A DNA stretch of 64,000 nucleotides from assembly GCA_965178125.1 (NCBI GenBank), contig OZ237739.1:1488001-1552000 (forward strand), given 5' to 3'. This stretch comes from Bilabrum cf. latius (taxonomy: Eukaryota). Below the pieces are notes generated by a model, which was not told the DNA's origin, made no database searches, and saw only the letters and a list, made by a program, of their open reading frames with translations. Each line of letters starts with the position of its first letter. Positions within the stretch are counted from its first letter, which is position 1. Positions 60,687 through 64,000 of the stretch are shown here, piece after piece. A program made the translations under genes and the position numbers.

Positions 60687-61886
60687 ATGTCAAACATTGG
60701 TGAACTGGCTCCGGCTGGCGCGGCTGCGACGGGGAGTGCAGAAGAGCTAGAGCTTGATCGACACGGTTTACCTGTTATTCCGACAAAGCCGCTAGGCCCG
60801 CCCGTCATTGAGCTGTCGGAAATATCGAAAAGTTATGATCTAGCTAGCGGAGAAAAAGTAAAGGCGTTGAGGAGCATATCTCTGCAACTGCCTTCGACGG
60901 CAGCAAGTTCGAGTGCGGCCGGTGAAGGCGACGTGGCTGCTTACCCCATTCGTTAGGGAGAATTTGTGATGATCCGTGGTCCATCAGGAGGTGGCAAAAC
61001 GACTTTATTGAATATCATAGGCTGTATCGACCAGGCGTCGTCGGGTGTGTTTTCCCTGTTCGGCCAGCGCATCGACCACCGCGTTGCCACCGACGAGGAG
61101 CTCTCATCCATGCGGCTACGGAGAATTGGGTTCACCTTCCAGAGCTTTAACCTTCTGGCAACCCTCTCTGCGCTGGAGAACGTGGAATTGCCCATGTCAA
61201 TGCTTGGAAAGCTCTCGTCAGACCAGCGTCGGCTGCGCGCCCGCGCCCTCCTCAAGATGGTCGGGCTGGAGGACCGGCAGAACCACCTGCCCTCCGAGAT
61301 GAGCGGGGGGGAGCAGCAGCGCACCACCATCGCCAGGTCGCTGGCGAATGACCCGGACGTCCTCCTCGCCGACGAGCCGTGCGGCGACCTCGATGCCCGC
61401 AGCACGGTGGACGTGATGAATCTGCTGCTGCGGATTAACCGACTGAGGGGCAAGACAATCGTGATGGTCACGCACTCGGCCGAACTGGAGTGCTACGCGG
61501 ACAGGACTCTGTTCGTGAGGGACGGCCGCATCGTGGCACAGCACGTGAACTTGCAGCAGACCCCCCTGGAGCTGTCGGCCTACCTTACCTTCCTGGACTT
61601 GGCGGCCAGGGGGGAGCTGCCAGCCGAGGGCGAGGGCGAGGGCGAGGGCGAGGGCGAGGGCGAGCTGGCAGAGGAGCGGGAGGAGGATGCAGCGGGCGGA
61701 GGACTGGGTGGTGGGAAAGCGGCGCTGTAGACTACCATTGCAACCCACGCAATGGAAGCCAAGGCCGTGGGGAAGAATGGGGCCGCGGGCAAAGGGGACA
61801 GTGACCCGGTGGGTGCATCCAGTGCAGCGGGCGGGGCTGGGGCTGGGTTTGGTGCGGCTTCGGCGGCGAGCGAAGAGCCGAGGTGA
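60687..61886 (+). CDS. Stand-alone ABC ATPase of the LolD/MacB type, ~399 aa
   Basis: IR*GEFVMIRGPSGGGKTT (Walker A), IGFTFQSFNLL, MSGGEQQR, LLADEP.GDLD and VMVTH. TAG at 60954 and 61728. Ends TGA 61884-61886. No TM domain. Confidence 0.88.
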
Positions 61887-61943
61887 TCGATATGGTTTCC
61901 TAGTGGATCAGTATCACAAGTATGCAAGAGCCTATTGACTGCC

Positions 61944-62124
61944 TGGCCCTGTCCTGGTGCCTCCCCATCACTCTTTGGCCCTGTCCTGGTGCCTCCCCAT
62001 CACTCTTTGGCCCTGTCCTGGTGCCTCCCCATCACTCTTTGGCCCTGTCCTGGTGCCTCCCCATCACTCTTTGGCCCTGTCCTGGTGCTTCCCCATCACT
62101 CTTTGGCCCTGTCCTGGTGCTTCC
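61944..62124. repeat. 32-bp minisatellite (TGGCCCTGTCCTGGTGCCTCCCCATCACTCTT), ~5.7 copies
   Basis: Units start at 61944, 61976, 62008, 62040, 62072 and 62104 (partial). The last two carry a C>T variant. Confidence 0.95.
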
Positions 62125-62689
62125 TCCAGCCCTCCACCGCTGCATCCCTGAGCTCAACCAGGTGGGGGTGGTCCGATGCTTTCTGCTGCACATGCAGGAA
62201 CACCACATCGCCCCCCGGCATGACCACCATGGTGGCACCCTGCTGCAGCCCGTCCCCCACGAGCAGGTTGCCGCCTACTCCTCCCCCGTCCTCCTTGCCC
62301 CGCGCCCTCACACGGGAATAGGCCTCCCGTGCCGCAGAGTCCAACAAGCCGAATCCTGTGAATATAGACTCTCGCCTGGTTCCCAGCATTTTGTATGCCG
62401 ATTGTTGTTTCTCTCCACTTGCCGGGGGATCGTCCAGAAGCAAGAGGTCGCCGTCCCACACCCCGGCCTGCTCGAAATCATCGACGCCCTGCTCGTCCCA
62501 GCTCACCAGCACAGTGCCAAACCCAAGCTCTTTCAGCTCTGGCAGCACTGAGGCCGACACATCCTTGGCCCACTGACGGCAGAGCGGACAACCCATGCGC
62601 CTGATTAGCGTGACGAACTGAGGCCGATCTTGCCAAAGGTCTCCGAGCCTTAACTCATCACCGGGCGTCAAGTTCCCAGTGCTATCCAT
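62096..62689 (-). CDS. Peroxiredoxin-like 2 family protein (PRXL2B/FAM213-like); 5' end uncertain
   Basis: LW..RP....IRRMGCPLCRQWA (CxxC), AYKMLG, GN..GDGLQQG..VV.PGG and SDHP. Ends TGA inside the 32-bp repeat. Confidence 0.8.
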   Translation of the reverse strand: MDSTGNLTPGDELRLGDLWQDRPQFVTLIRRMGCPLCRQWAKDVSASVLPELKELGFGTVLVSWDEQGVDDFEQAGVWDGDLLLLDDPPASGEKQQSAYKMLGTRRESIFTGFGLLDSAAREAYSRVRARGKEDGGGVGGNLLVGDGLQQGATMVVMPGGDVVFLHVQQKASDHPHLVELRDAAVEGWRKHQDRAKE

Positions 62690-63158
62690 TGCAACTACTT
62701 GTCGCGCTTTACTGCGAACGGTAACGGAGAACACTGGCCATTGGCGGGAGTTTTTGACGAAGGCGCGTGGACACGTCACGAACGCCGGAGTGCGGGAATA
62801 AGACGGCTCCGCTGTGGCGTGGTCGCTTACGCTACGATATCTGAAGCCCGTTGACCGTTTTCTTGCAGAATTGGCGCACCATTAGCCCCCGTTTTACGCC
62901 CGTCGCCTCGCTAGGCTGCAAGCACTTGACAAGAATCGGCCTGGCTTGCAGAGCTCGAGAACTGCTACATGAATCCAGCAAAGGCTAGCCCGCCCGCAGC
63001 CCGAGCTACCCGGATGCTTGAAAGTTGACTGTAATTTCTAATTGCCGCTAGCATGCGTTTTCGACCAAGAAAAGAATGACGGTCTCATCGGCTCACGTGG
63101 GGCATCTCTACGCAAGATCATCGATCCGATCGGAGCGATTCAAGTTGCTTGCTCCTGA

Positions 63159-63998
63159 TCAGTCATCGTCGTGGGGTCGCAGCTTCCCAGGGGCCCCGTC
63201 CCGCGCTGCACCTGCCGGGCACATGAAGCGCACCACAGCTCTCCCCCCGCCCTTGCCGTACCTCACGATACCATCCCCGCAGCTTGCCTCGTACTCGGCC
63301 GCGATGCCCTTGGGGGAGGCGTACTCGCGCCTGCCCTTGCGGCCCCGAGCGCCTGCCTTGGGCTTTGATAGTGTCCCGTCTGGGCCTGCCTCATCCGTGC
63401 ATGCATCCGGAGGCGGGGGCGTAGTTGTGGGCAGCTGCACCACGATTCGAATGGCAAACCTCGGCATGTCGACTTGCGTGTAGTACCGCACATGCAGCGG
63501 CTTGAGCTTCAGGGCATCCTTGAAGAACACGGTGGCGAAGCACGGGTACGTGAAGCCCAGCGTGCGCTCGAGGCAGTATTCTCCACGAGCCCCATTGGGC
63601 TTGGTCACCCGGTCGGTGGGCACGTCATACCCGGGGTTGATGTTGAAGTGCACCTGCTTGATCGGGTGCTTCAAAGAGGTCTCTTTGCTGACCGTGGAGC
63701 CCTTGCGCAGCCCAACCGGGCACCGCACAAACGTCCTGCACGTGAACTTACCGCTGCTCACCTGATCGCTCGTGTTGCCCACCTCTAGCACGAACCTGGA
63801 AGTGCTCTAGAATTCCAGCCGTGCGGCTGACAGGCGAGCCCGCTGCGAGGACAAGGCTGCTTCGGGCGCGGGACCAAACGACCCATCAGAGACTGCTCCC
63901 GCTCCAGTCTCACCAGATACCATCGAGTCTGCCTCGGACGCACCAACAGCGGCACCAGCACCAGTAGCCGCCGATTTATCGTCGTCGGCTCGTGCAGC
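63159..63998 (-). CDS. YEATS-like domain protein, 5' part outside the window
   Basis: LEVGNTS...TFVR...IKQVHFNINPGY..PT.RVTKP...LERTLGFTY. The frame stays open to the window edge through one TAG (63807-63809). Ends TGA. Confidence 0.6.
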
Positions 63999-64000
63999 CG

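Noticed and set aside
61944-62124. CRISPR-like array
   Set aside because: The 32-bp units are head-to-tail with no spacers, there are no cas genes, and the context is eukaryotic.
491-63998. TAG-broken ORFs as pseudogenes or sequencing errors
   Set aside because: Only one stop type occurs, there are no frameshifts, catalytic motifs are intact, core genes (SBDS, THOC2, COX17) are affected and flanking contexts are diverse.
491-63998. Ciliate-type UAR=Gln code, pyrrolysine, or A-to-I editing of UAG to Trp
   Set aside because: TAA ends COX17 and GOS1 where homologues end and was not seen in exons. TAG aligns with Gln rather than Trp, and no pyl genes are present. U-to-C editing cannot be excluded from DNA alone but would also be expected to leave in-frame TAA and TGA.
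1-64000. Suppressor tRNA-Gln(CUA), eRF1 gene or transposable element
   Set aside because: I saw no cloverleaf or T-loop context, release-factor motif, transposase, reverse transcriptase or terminal repeats by eye; a tRNAscan-SE run is still needed.

Overview
GC-rich, very gene-dense nuclear DNA from a eukaryotic microbe. It has short GT-AG spliceosomal introns, intergenic gaps often only 100-300 bp, and proteins bloated with Ala/Gly low-complexity inserts. The lineage cannot be fixed from the sequence; a stramenopile-like protist is only a guess. The main signal is a non-standard genetic code. About 20 of ~23 genes are interrupted by in-frame TAG codons (~95 by hand count), and I found no in-frame TAA or TGA inside an exon. 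The TAGs fall at conserved Gln positions (SET2-type NCxT-Q-xW, SBDS Q-PVxQKRLTN, JmjC G-Q-FVITFP-Q-AYH, GBBH TG-Q-R) and inside CAG/CAA runs. Genes end in TGA (~19) or TAA (4). The best reading is UAG=Gln with UAA and UGA kept as stops, a rare uncoupling of UAA and UAG. With this code the fragmented ORF track resolves into ADI1, SBDS, COX17 (missed by the track), a GBBH/TMLD-type dioxygenase, U2AF65, a PX protein, a SET-cyclin-like-pseudokinase fusion, TPR and thioredoxin-like proteins, a membrane TIR protein, an FSP1/AIFM2-like oxidoreductase, GOS1, ANK-FN3-RING, a KDM5-like demethylase, a RanBP2-ZnF protein, THOC2, a GH162-like beta-1,2-glucanase, a stand-alone LolD-type ABC ATPase, PRXL2B-like and YEATS-like proteins. 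I saw no tRNA, rRNA, CRISPR array or transposon. All family calls are from motif recognition; no searches were run.
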